A stretch of DNA of 64,000 nucleotides from a virus, in the IMG/VR virus record IMGVR_UViG_3300035696_000014, positions 1 through 64,000 of that record; one strand, 5' to 3'. The translations under genes were made by a program, and so were the position numbers. The notes beneath the pieces are model-generated. The model saw nothing but the letters and a program-made list of their open reading frames with translations. It ran no database searches and had not been told where the DNA came from. Shown one piece after another: positions 8,776 to 16,122 of this stretch. How positions within the stretch are numbered: position 1 is the first letter of the stretch; every line of letters begins with the position of its first letter.

Positions 8776-9341
8776 TCGCGCTTCAACTCCAAGATGGTGT
8801 GGGGACCGCGGCATGCCGCGTTGTACTTCTCGGCTGCTTCGAGCGCCAGCTTGACCCGTTCCCGTGGGGGCATCCCGCTGTTCCGGGTCGCATGCAGGGC
8901 GCCGAAAGCGATCTGCCCGCCTGCTCCGATGGCGTAGAAGTTGTCCTGTGGACGGCCAACATCGAAGTCTTCCTCGATGGCGTAGAGGTGGCCCTTGTAG
9001 CCGACCATGCACGCCATCGGGTGGGTCTCTTCCTCGTCGTCCTTCTTCAGGGCACCCTTCTCCTTCAGGGTCGTCCTCAGAGCGTCAACGAAGTCGACGA
9101 CCATGTACGTCATGTCATCGTGCTTGGTGGGCTGGTCGGGTGGAACGAACGCGTGCCTCAACAGCTGCCCAGCCCGGAAGCTGCCGCAGAAACCCATGAT
9201 GACCTTGACGTGGCCCTCGTCGTTGATGAAGACCTTCTCGTCAGCCCGGCCTACTACGTGGGAGCCTACCTCATCGCTCGCAAGCGAATCGCCTCCCAAG
9301 TAGATCGTGTCACCCTCGACCAGGCCGACGATGCAGGTCAT
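8772..9341 (-). CDS. Ntn-hydrolase, HslV/proteasome-beta-like (copy 1)
   Basis: MTCIVG start exposing Thr1, GGDS, KVF, AIGAG. Confidence 0.75.
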   Translation of the reverse strand: MTCIVGLVEGDTIYLGGDSLASDEVGSHVVGRADEKVFINDEGHVKVIMGFCGSFRAGQLLRHAFVPPDQPTKHDDMTYMVVDFVDALRTTLKEKGALKKDDEEETHPMACMVGYKGHLYAIEEDFDVGRPQDNFYAIGAGGQIAFGALHATRNSGMPPRERVKLALEAAEKYNAACRGPHTILELKRE

Positions 9342-9344
9342 GCT

Positions 9345-9911
9345 TCATCCCCGGCTCTTGATGACCAGCGTGTCGAACGGGGGCGCGCAACCTGCGTTCT
9401 TGGTCGATGCTTCGAGTGCCATCAGCACTCGTTTCTTGGCACCCCAGACCTTGCGGGTCGCATCGAAGGAACCGATGGCCAGCTTGCTGCCGCTGCCGAC
9501 GGAGTTGAACTTCTCGTCGCCCTCCACCAGCTGGAAGTTGCCCTGGAGGTTGAAGAGCCGGCCCCTGTAGGCGACCAGCATCGAGCCCTCGAAGACGATC
9601 TCGCCGGTGCCACCGAATGGGCTGCTGTCCTTGCCTGCCGCGTCGAGCTTGACGAGCCCATCGCGGATCGCGGGGACCAGCTCGGTGACCAGGAACGTCT
9701 TGTCGTCACCGCCCGCCTGCTTGGGCAGCTCGATGCCGTGCTTCAGGGCGTCCATCACCTTGGGCAGGCCGCAGACGCCGAAGCCGATCTCACCCTTGGC
9801 GAAGATCTTGGGCTCCTTGAGCAGCGTCCTGTTCAGGCCGCCGTCCGTCGCCGCCCGGTCGCCGCCGAGCCACACCTTCTTGCCGTCCACCAGACCAACG
9901 ATGCATGTCAT
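9345..9911 (-). CDS. Ntn-hydrolase, HslV/proteasome-beta-like (copy 2)
   Basis: MTCIVG start at 9911, GGDR, PKIF, SVGSG. Confidence 0.75.
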   Translation of the reverse strand: MTCIVGLVDGKKVWLGGDRAATDGGLNRTLLKEPKIFAKGEIGFGVCGLPKVMDALKHGIELPKQAGGDDKTFLVTELVPAIRDGLVKLDAAGKDSSPFGGTGEIVFEGSMLVAYRGRLFNLQGNFQLVEGDEKFNSVGSGSKLAIGSFDATRKVWGAKKRVLMALEASTKNAGCAPPFDTLVIKSRG

Positions 9912-10123
9912 GACTTCTTGTCCTCCGTGATCACGTGTTTGCCGTTCTTCTCTGCTTGCTTGGTGTCTGCCTCGCCGGCCGCGTATGACGACCAGGCGAT
10001 CGACGCCATCGATGCGAATGCCTCGCCCGAGTAGCCCAGGCGCTTGGCCGCCTTGACGGCCTTGGCGATCGACCCCGCAAGGGTCTCCCGCCAGGTGATG
10101 AGATCGCTGTCCTGCATGATCAT
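9908..10123 (-). CDS. Hypothetical protein
   Basis: Fills the gap with coupled stop/start. Confidence 0.55.
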   Translation of the reverse strand: MIMQDSDLITWRETLAGSIAKAVKAAKRLGYSGEAFASMASIAWSSYAAGEADTKQAEKNGKHVITEDKKS

Positions 10124-10887
10124 GCCTCCAGGGTGTTGAAAGGTGAGCTCGGGTAGAGCTCCTTGTACTGCGACTTGGTGACGGCGATCTCACCCGTCTT
10201 GGTGAAGTGATCGACCAGGTAGAAGTGCCGTTCGTAGACGTGGAGGCTGCCGGCGTTCCAGTGGATGTCGCCCTTGGGTAGGTCGAGGTCCATCGCCAGG
10301 CGACCCAGTACTGTGTTCTGCCAGGCCCAGTCGTTCTTGTAGCCCAGCACCGCGTCGTTGGACCTCATCTGGACACAGGCGTGGACTGCCCCGTCACGGA
10401 CCAGGTACTGCACTGCATTGGTACACATGAAGTCGCTGCGGCCATCGATGTTGTACTCCTCCCACATCGATGGGCGAGTGTAGATGACGACTGCCCGGCG
10501 CGACTCCGGGTTTTTCCTGAGCTCGGCCAGCACCTTGTCGTACTGCCTGCCGTTCTCCGGGCTGTACGTGGTCCAGCCGTAGTTGCTGTTGATGGTGCCG
10601 TCCTTCGACGCGACCGCCGCCCACACCTTGGGAGCACCACCCGGGATGTCATTGACGTTCCGGCTCTGGCTGTCGTACCACATCTCCTCGCGGTGGATGT
10701 AGTCCCGGTCCACCTTGCCGAACAGCGCCTCGTCCTCAGCAATGAACGAGGCTCCGATGATCTCGATCGTTCGCTTGCCGACCAAGCCCGTCATCGACGC
10801 CTCGCGGTTGACGCTGGTGAACTTCTCCTGTGCCAGGAGCGAGGCAAACTGGTCCCGGATCGCCTGTGCTGAGTTGTAGAGCGTCAT
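10120..10887 (-). CDS. dCMP hydroxymethylase (T4 gp42-like)
   Basis: TIEIIGASF, INSNYGW, SRR...IYTRPSM, DFMCTN, MRSND, NDWAWQ (Asp at the dCMP-specificity position), GSLHVYERHFYLVDH; matches T4 gp42 as recalled. Confidence 0.9.
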   Translation of the reverse strand: MTLYNSAQAIRDQFASLLAQEKFTSVNREASMTGLVGKRTIEIIGASFIAEDEALFGKVDRDYIHREEMWYDSQSRNVNDIPGGAPKVWAAVASKDGTINSNYGWTTYSPENGRQYDKVLAELRKNPESRRAVVIYTRPSMWEEYNIDGRSDFMCTNAVQYLVRDGAVHACVQMRSNDAVLGYKNDWAWQNTVLGRLAMDLDLPKGDIHWNAGSLHVYERHFYLVDHFTKTGEIAVTKSQYKELYPSSPFNTLEA

Positions 10888-11837
10888 TTGTTGAGCCTCA
10901 TGTTCCCAATGCTTTCCCAGTTGCTCTCGTACCACTTGATGGTCCGGTCCAGTCCCTCCCAGAACCGGACCAGCGGCGTGTAGCCCAGCAGACGGTTCGC
11001 TTTGGAGATGTCGGCCTGCGTGTGCATGACATCGCCCGGCCTCCAGCCAGCCACAGTAACCTGTGCCTGGGGGTAGTGTTTCGCCAGCTCCGTCAGGATC
11101 TCACGGTTCGTCGTGCGATCCCCACACGCCACGTTGATGCACTCAGCGTTGAGCGGGTCAGCGACCAACGCTGCACGGACGCAGCAATCGGTGACGTTGT
11201 CAACGTAGCACATGTCCCGGCTCTGGGAACCGTCCCCGTCGCTACGGAGCGGCACGCCCTTCTTGATCGCCGTCAGCCATGCTGACACCGCCGTCGCGTA
11301 TGGCGAATCGCCGAGCTGGTTGGGACCGAAGACGTTGAAGAAGCGGAGACAGACGCTGTCGAGCCGATACAGATCCCGGTACAGCTTCAGGTAGTCCTCG
11401 ATGATCGACTTCTGGAGGGCGTAGGGCGACTTCGGGTTCTTGGGCTCCGTCTCTGGAGTGGGCAGAACATCGGCCCCACCGTAGACCGACGAGCTGGATG
11501 CGAAGACGAAACGCTTGACGTTTTCCCGACAGGCGTCCATCAACGCCAGCGTCCGAGAGACGTTGGTGTGGTTGGTCTCCAACGGGTGCTCGACCGAGTA
11601 CGAGACCCTGGGCACCGCTGCTAGGTGGAAGACGACGTCGTAGCGGCCCTGCTTGATCTCGTGGATGACCTCGGGATCAGCAAAGTCCTTGACGATGACG
11701 GGCTGGCCATGTGGGACGAACGCCAGGTTCCCGTTTGACAGATCGTCGACGGTGTCGACAGCCCACCCCTCTTGCAGGCACCGGGCCACCAGGTTGGACC
11801 CGATGAAGCCGGCGCCGCCAGTTACAAGGACATGCAT
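10884..11837 (-). CDS. NAD-dependent NDP-sugar 4-epimerase/dehydratase (extended SDR)
   Basis: GGAGFIGS, ASSSSVYG, YALQK (YxxxK), RFFNVFGP. Confidence 0.9.
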   Translation of the reverse strand: MHVLVTGGAGFIGSNLVARCLQEGWAVDTVDDLSNGNLAFVPHGQPVIVKDFADPEVIHEIKQGRYDVVFHLAAVPRVSYSVEHPLETNHTNVSRTLALMDACRENVKRFVFASSSSVYGGADVLPTPETEPKNPKSPYALQKSIIEDYLKLYRDLYRLDSVCLRFFNVFGPNQLGDSPYATAVSAWLTAIKKGVPLRSDGDGSQSRDMCYVDNVTDCCVRAALVADPLNAECINVACGDRTTNREILTELAKHYPQAQVTVAGWRPGDVMHTQADISKANRLLGYTPLVRFWEGLDRTIKWYESNWESIGNMRLNK

Positions 11838-11843
11838 GGGCGG

Positions 11844-11873
11844 ATCCTAACTCGCCCAGGCACAGAAGTTCAG
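11844..11873 (-). promoter_or_regulatory. Promoter CTGAAC-N18-TAGGAT for the epimerase-hydroxymethylase operon
   Basis: Consensus match; ATG 6 nt downstream. Confidence 0.65.
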
Positions 11874-11876
11874 CGC

Positions 11877-12407
11877 TTAGCTGTGGTAGAGCAGGTCCAT
11901 CCACTCGCCGGCGTCTGGGTCCCAATCGTACGCTTGCTCGGGATCCTGGAACTCAACGGGCTCGTTCTCGATGTGGAGGACCCAAGGCTCGCCGTCAACG
12001 TCTACCGTCGGATCATCAGAGTCCAGCGGCTCGAACAGGAAGGGCTGAAGGGCCGTGTAACCGTTCTGCATCGCTGCTGCGAACGCATCGGGAGCCCAAC
12101 GTTTGACGTCGTCCCAGGTGACCTCTTCCATGTGCTGGTGGGCGCTCTCGGGGAGGATCTTCTTCGCCGCTTCGTTGACGTAGAAGTCGACGACTTCCTT
12201 GTCGGGTTTCCTGCCGTCGGTCTCCTGGAGCGCAGATGACCACGACATGTACGTCAGGTCCCAGTGCTCGTCGCTGTTTGCGAACTTGCGACCCAGTTTG
12301 GCCTCGACCAGCCGACGGAACTTGGGATGGCTGTCGATCTGGGCTTCCTCAGTGAGGACGGACTCCACCTCTTCACGCACCAGGGCCCTGAGCTGCTTCT
12401 CGTTCAT
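11877..12407 (-). CDS. Probable virion protein
   Basis: MNEKQLRALVREEVESVLTEE; ATAGTTA at 12414-12420. Confidence 0.65.
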   Translation of the reverse strand: MNEKQLRALVREEVESVLTEEAQIDSHPKFRRLVEAKLGRKFANSDEHWDLTYMSWSSALQETDGRKPDKEVVDFYVNEAAKKILPESAHQHMEEVTWDDVKRWAPDAFAAAMQNGYTALQPFLFEPLDSDDPTVDVDGEPWVLHIENEPVEFQDPEQAYDWDPDAGEWMDLLYHS

Positions 12408-12419
12408 GACCTGTAACTA

Positions 12420-13751
12420 TCAGGCCAGGAGACCCATCCGTCGCATCACCGCGGGCGTGGTGGCCTCGTAGGAGCACCGGTTCCTGACGACCTGCAGGAG
12501 GGGTGCCCGGAGGTCAGACGGGTTGGGCGCGGACTTGACGTAATCGATCAACCACTCCGCTTTGTCGACCAGGTCGCTGAGGTCGGGCCGGGCCAGCATC
12601 CCGTCCATCCCGGCCTCTCGGGCCAGGCTCGAATACTCGAAGTTGTCGAGCCACAGTGGCATACACCCGAGCTCGACGAGTTCTCTGGCTGCCGTCCCGC
12701 CGTAGGGGTCAACGTTGTAGAGGCCCAGGGCGATGTGGGAATGGCGGCCGACGAACTTGTACTCGTTGCGGTCGAAGGTATCCTCCGTCAGCTTGATGTA
12801 GCCGTTGGCCCCGCACTTCTCCTCGAGCTCCTTGTTGGAGAACTTCTGGTTTGGGTTGCCGCACACCACGACGAAGTCCTGGCGCCGCTGGCGCAGCTTG
12901 GGCAACACCTCGAACATGAACTTCATGCCGTTGGTGTAGTCGCCGCTGCTGGGGCTGATGCGGTTCGGGAAGAACAGGACGACCTTGCCCTTTGTCTTCT
13001 CCTCCCACTCCTGGCGGGTGAAGCGCATCCGCTCCTCGTCGACTGGGTCAGTCGTCTCCATCTGCGAGTACCCGTCGTCCCAGGGCACCGACTTGGCCCG
13101 GACATCGTCCACCACGTCCTGGGTGAACCACTTGCCCATGCTGTCGAAGAATTGCAGCATCGAGCTCTCGCACTGCCAGAAGTTGTAGTCGGCCCTCAAC
13201 GCCGCCTCGCACTGGCCCAGCCACAGGCTGCACTCTGCCGGGAACTTGGGAGCTTCAGGCACGTCGACGAAGTGGGAGTGAACGTAGAACCTTGGCTGGT
13301 AACCGGCGATGACGTGAAACATCGCCTTGAAGTTCCGCAGGTGCATCGGGTCGTTGATGTAGACGGCGTCGTACTTGGGGGTGCGACCGATCTTCATCAT
13401 GCCGAGGTCCAGGCCACAAGCCAGGCCCGACCAATCGAAGTCGAAGCGGGTCACCAGGGCGTTGGGCAGGATGTTGTGGCCGAAGAAGTGGAGGCGTCGG
13501 TCGCCGTCCGGTCCGTGCTTCTCCCACAGGACCCGGCTGATGTCGACCGGGTGCTCAACACACTGATTCTCTTGGGGCTCGTCGTCACCCATCTGTGGGC
13601 ACATCACGGTGATGTCCAGTTCCGGGTTGCGGGCCAGCATCTCGCGGACCCTTCCCATCACCATCTGCCAACCGCTGTCACAGGCCAGGTCGAACTTGTT
13701 GTGCTTGTAGTTGATGTTGCTGAGCTGTGTCTGGACCAGGAGACGCTTCAT
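12420..13751 (-). CDS. Divergent GT-B glycosyltransferase, candidate DNA (hmC) glycosyltransferase
   Basis: FPNR and DPYGGTAARELVELGCMP resemble the GT4 E-x7-E/G-x-P motif; lies beside the gp42-like gene. Confidence 0.6.
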   Translation of the reverse strand: MKRLLVQTQLSNINYKHNKFDLACDSGWQMVMGRVREMLARNPELDITVMCPQMGDDEPQENQCVEHPVDISRVLWEKHGPDGDRRLHFFGHNILPNALVTRFDFDWSGLACGLDLGMMKIGRTPKYDAVYINDPMHLRNFKAMFHVIAGYQPRFYVHSHFVDVPEAPKFPAECSLWLGQCEAALRADYNFWQCESSMLQFFDSMGKWFTQDVVDDVRAKSVPWDDGYSQMETTDPVDEERMRFTRQEWEEKTKGKVVLFFPNRISPSSGDYTNGMKFMFEVLPKLRQRRQDFVVVCGNPNQKFSNKELEEKCGANGYIKLTEDTFDRNEYKFVGRHSHIALGLYNVDPYGGTAARELVELGCMPLWLDNFEYSSLAREAGMDGMLARPDLSDLVDKAEWLIDYVKSAPNPSDLRAPLLQVVRNRCSYEATTPAVMRRMGLLA

Positions 13752-13773
13752 GGTTTCACCCTACCCGGTCGGG

Positions 13774-14307
13774 TCACTTTAGGTTCTGCTTCAACCACTC
13801 AGTACACTCTCGAGCGTGAGTGACGCTCTCGACGATGTCATCCCAGGCACGGTGCGCCTCGGCCTTCTTGAACCGCGGCATCCCCATCGACTGGCAGAAC
13901 AGCTTCAGGGCCGACACGTCGTAGTGACGGTGCGACAGCTTCTTGTTCGTCAGCGGGAGGTGGACCTTGATGTACGAATGGTCGAAGTGGATGCTCGAGC
14001 CGGCCAGCGTGGCACGCTCGTCTTTGTCCTCGACCCACTCCACCAGGGAGGACAGCTCCTCGTCGACCCGGGCTCGGGACTTGGCGGCGATGCACATGCA
14101 CTCTGACAGCAACCCGTTCTTGGTGTGCATGTTGATGATGAACGGGTCGAGCTTCTCGACCGGCGTCTGCAGCTCCAGGACCGCGTCGTAGATCCGGGTG
14201 ATGTTGAAGGGATCACGCAGGTCTGCGGTCGCCACCGACACCTCGAGCACCTGGGTGTTCGCCGGGTCCAGCCCTGTCGTCTCAAGGTCCAGCCAGTACA
14301 GCTTCAC
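13774..14307 (-). CDS. orn: Oligoribonuclease (DEDDh)
   Basis: WLDLETTGL, MHTKNGL, GSSIHFD, HRAWDDI. Confidence 0.85.
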   Translation of the reverse strand: MKLYWLDLETTGLDPANTQVLEVSVATADLRDPFNITRIYDAVLELQTPVEKLDPFIINMHTKNGLLSECMCIAAKSRARVDEELSSLVEWVEDKDERATLAGSSIHFDHSYIKVHLPLTNKKLSHRHYDVSALKLFCQSMGMPRFKKAEAHRAWDDIVESVTHARECTEWLKQNLK

Positions 14308-14576
14308 GAGGGCTTCTCCTCGTCCGTTCCCAGGACCTCTTCATCGAAGTCGTTCATCCAGCCCGGCTTGTCGGCAACGCCGCACAACGCGGCGATGTCT
14401 GTCAGGAACTGTTCACCCTCGAACGAGCAAGCCACCGTCCCCGAGCCATCTTCCTTCTTGGCGATGATCGCCAGCAACACCTTGCCCTCGGGCTCGGCGA
14501 CCTTGGCCACCTCCATGGCCAGGCGCAGGTGTGGCAACGCGTCCAGCAGTCGCTGCTTCGATTCTGCCTCGCTCAT
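14304..14576 (-). CDS. Hypothetical protein
   Basis: Start MSEAESK with GAAGGAG SD. Confidence 0.55.
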   Translation of the reverse strand: MSEAESKQRLLDALPHLRLAMEVAKVAEPEGKVLLAIIAKKEDGSGTVACSFEGEQFLTDIAALCGVADKPGWMNDFDEEVLGTDEEKPS

Positions 14577-14920
14577 GTCATCTCCTTCAGTGAAATGGCT
14601 AGCAACATCTTCAACTTGTCGAGCTGGGTGTACACACCCATGACCGAGTTGGTCAGTGAACGAGCCTCGACCGGGTTCACCGTGGCAGCGAGCTGGTACA
14701 ACCGCTCGAGCGCGGCGACTGGACGTGACTGGGTCAGCAACAGGAGCAATCTCCGCGCCTCCAGCGGATCGAACTCGACGGTGACGGTCTTGGCTCGCCT
14801 CTTGGCATTGGTCTTGGCGTCTTCCCAGACGCCCCAACACGTCGGGCAGCCATCAGGGTACTTCTGCGTCTTGACCGGGTGCCGGGTCGCCGTGTAGCGC
14901 AGGTGTTCCTTACACTTCAT
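14573..14920 (-). CDS. Hypothetical protein with C-x2-H...CxxC motif
   Basis: Start MKCKEH, coupled to the upstream stop. Confidence 0.55.
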   Translation of the reverse strand: MKCKEHLRYTATRHPVKTQKYPDGCPTCWGVWEDAKTNAKRRAKTVTVEFDPLEARRLLLLLTQSRPVAALERLYQLAATVNPVEARSLTNSVMGVYTQLDKLKMLLAISLKEMT

Positions 14921-15351
14921 GCGGGCCACCGCTTCCTGATCTCTTCCAACGCCAGGTCGCTCAGCTGCCAGCGGTCCTTCTTCCACAGGCTGCCTCCGGC
15001 GATCATGCCGTCGCGGACGTACCACATCGCGTAGGTGCACTCATACATCGTCACCGCAATGTAACCGTCGGTGTAGATCAGAGCGTGGGTCTGATTTCCG
15101 TACGAATCGTCCCACTCGGGCAAGTCGGGCTTTTGACCCAAGTAGGTGACCTCGACCGGGAACTTGTAGTCCGGGTGGTCGCCGTGCGCGTGCTCCAGCA
15201 TCAGGTTGTCGTGTCTGATGCACTTGACGGGCAGGTGGTTGGGCCGCAGCTCCTTGCCACCGTTCATGATGGCGTAGTTGACGTGACACTCCCACTCACA
15301 GAAGTTGTGGCCCTCGGGCGTCGGCTTCTTGCAGGAGAGGCACCTGCTCAC
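14917..15351 (-). CDS. Hypothetical protein with N-terminal Zn finger
   Basis: CLSC...FCEWEC; GTG start. Confidence 0.55.
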   Translation of the reverse strand: MSRCLSCKKPTPEGHNFCEWECHVNYAIMNGGKELRPNHLPVKCIRHDNLMLEHAHGDHPDYKFPVEVTYLGQKPDLPEWDDSYGNQTHALIYTDGYIAVTMYECTYAMWYVRDGMIAGGSLWKKDRWQLSDLALEEIRKRWPA

Positions 15352-15524
15352 GACTTGACACCGTTGGTCCGACAGGTGGTGCACCTGTTCGCTTGGGTGG
15401 TGCCCTGTTGGCTGCAGTTGTTGTCGAACACGTGACCGCAGTAGGCCTTGTCACCGTTGTTGGGAGGCGTCGTGCCCGGCCACCAGTGCCACTTCCCACT
15501 GACCGTGTCGTAGTACCACATCAT
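15348..15524 (-). CDS. Small Cys/His protein (not in ORF track)
   Basis: MMWYYDTVSGKWHWW...AYCGH...RCTTC; overlaps both neighbours at stop/start. Confidence 0.5.
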   Translation of the reverse strand: MMWYYDTVSGKWHWWPGTTPPNNGDKAYCGHVFDNNCSQQGTTQANRCTTCRTNGVKS

Positions 15525-16075
15525 CATACCACCCTGTAGATGAAGTAGTGCACCTCATCGAGCTCTCGTTGGAGGTTCTCATCGTCGACGTTGAGCTTCA
15601 ACAGCTTGCACTTGGTCCAGCTAGCGAAGTCGAGGTAGGCGTCATGGAGTTGCTGGAGGGTCTCGCCCTTGACGGTCGGGTCCAGGTCATCCACCACGTT
15701 GGCGTAGCTGGTCCTGGCACACAGGACGATCCTCGCATCGAGCTTGGACCACTCCTCATCCAGGTGCTTCAGCATCTTGGTGTCGGTCTCGCGGCCGAAG
15801 ACCTTGCTGTAGGCGTATTCGCACGGGAACCCGCGGTCAAAGATGACGCTGGCACCCGTCTGCCTCAACAGGTCCATGACCCGTGGGTCGGCGTAACGGA
15901 GCTGCTGCAGGAACAGCTCACGCTTCGAGACCCGGCTCGACAGGAAGGCATCGTGCTCGCTCGACGCCTTGAAGTAGGGGATGTCAGTGACCCTCGAGAG
16001 GGCCTGGCTAATCTCGGTCTTGCCACACATGTCAGGACCGACGAAGAACACGATCCGTTGCCGTCCCACGTACAT
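15524..16075 (-). CDS. dNMP kinase (thymidylate-kinase fold), candidate hmdCMP kinase
   Basis: GPDMCGKT P-loop and IFDRG...YAY. Confidence 0.7.
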   Translation of the reverse strand: MYVGRQRIVFFVGPDMCGKTEISQALSRVTDIPYFKASSEHDAFLSSRVSKRELFLQQLRYADPRVMDLLRQTGASVIFDRGFPCEYAYSKVFGRETDTKMLKHLDEEWSKLDARIVLCARTSYANVVDDLDPTVKGETLQQLHDAYLDFASWTKCKLLKLNVDDENLQRELDEVHYFIYRVV

Positions 16076-16108
16076 GGGGACTATCCTACACCCTGTGCCC
16101 GGAAATCG

Positions 16109-16115
16109 ATACTTA
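16109..16115 (+). promoter_or_regulatory. Putative late promoter ATACTTA
   Basis: 7 nt before ATG 16123; divergent from the TAGGAT box at 16083-16088. Confidence 0.65.
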
Positions 16116-16122
16116 CTGGTTC

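Noticed and set aside
10120-10887. Ordinary ThyA thymidylate synthase
   Set aside because: It has Asp rather than Asn at the specificity position and gp42-specific motifs; ThyX is present separately.
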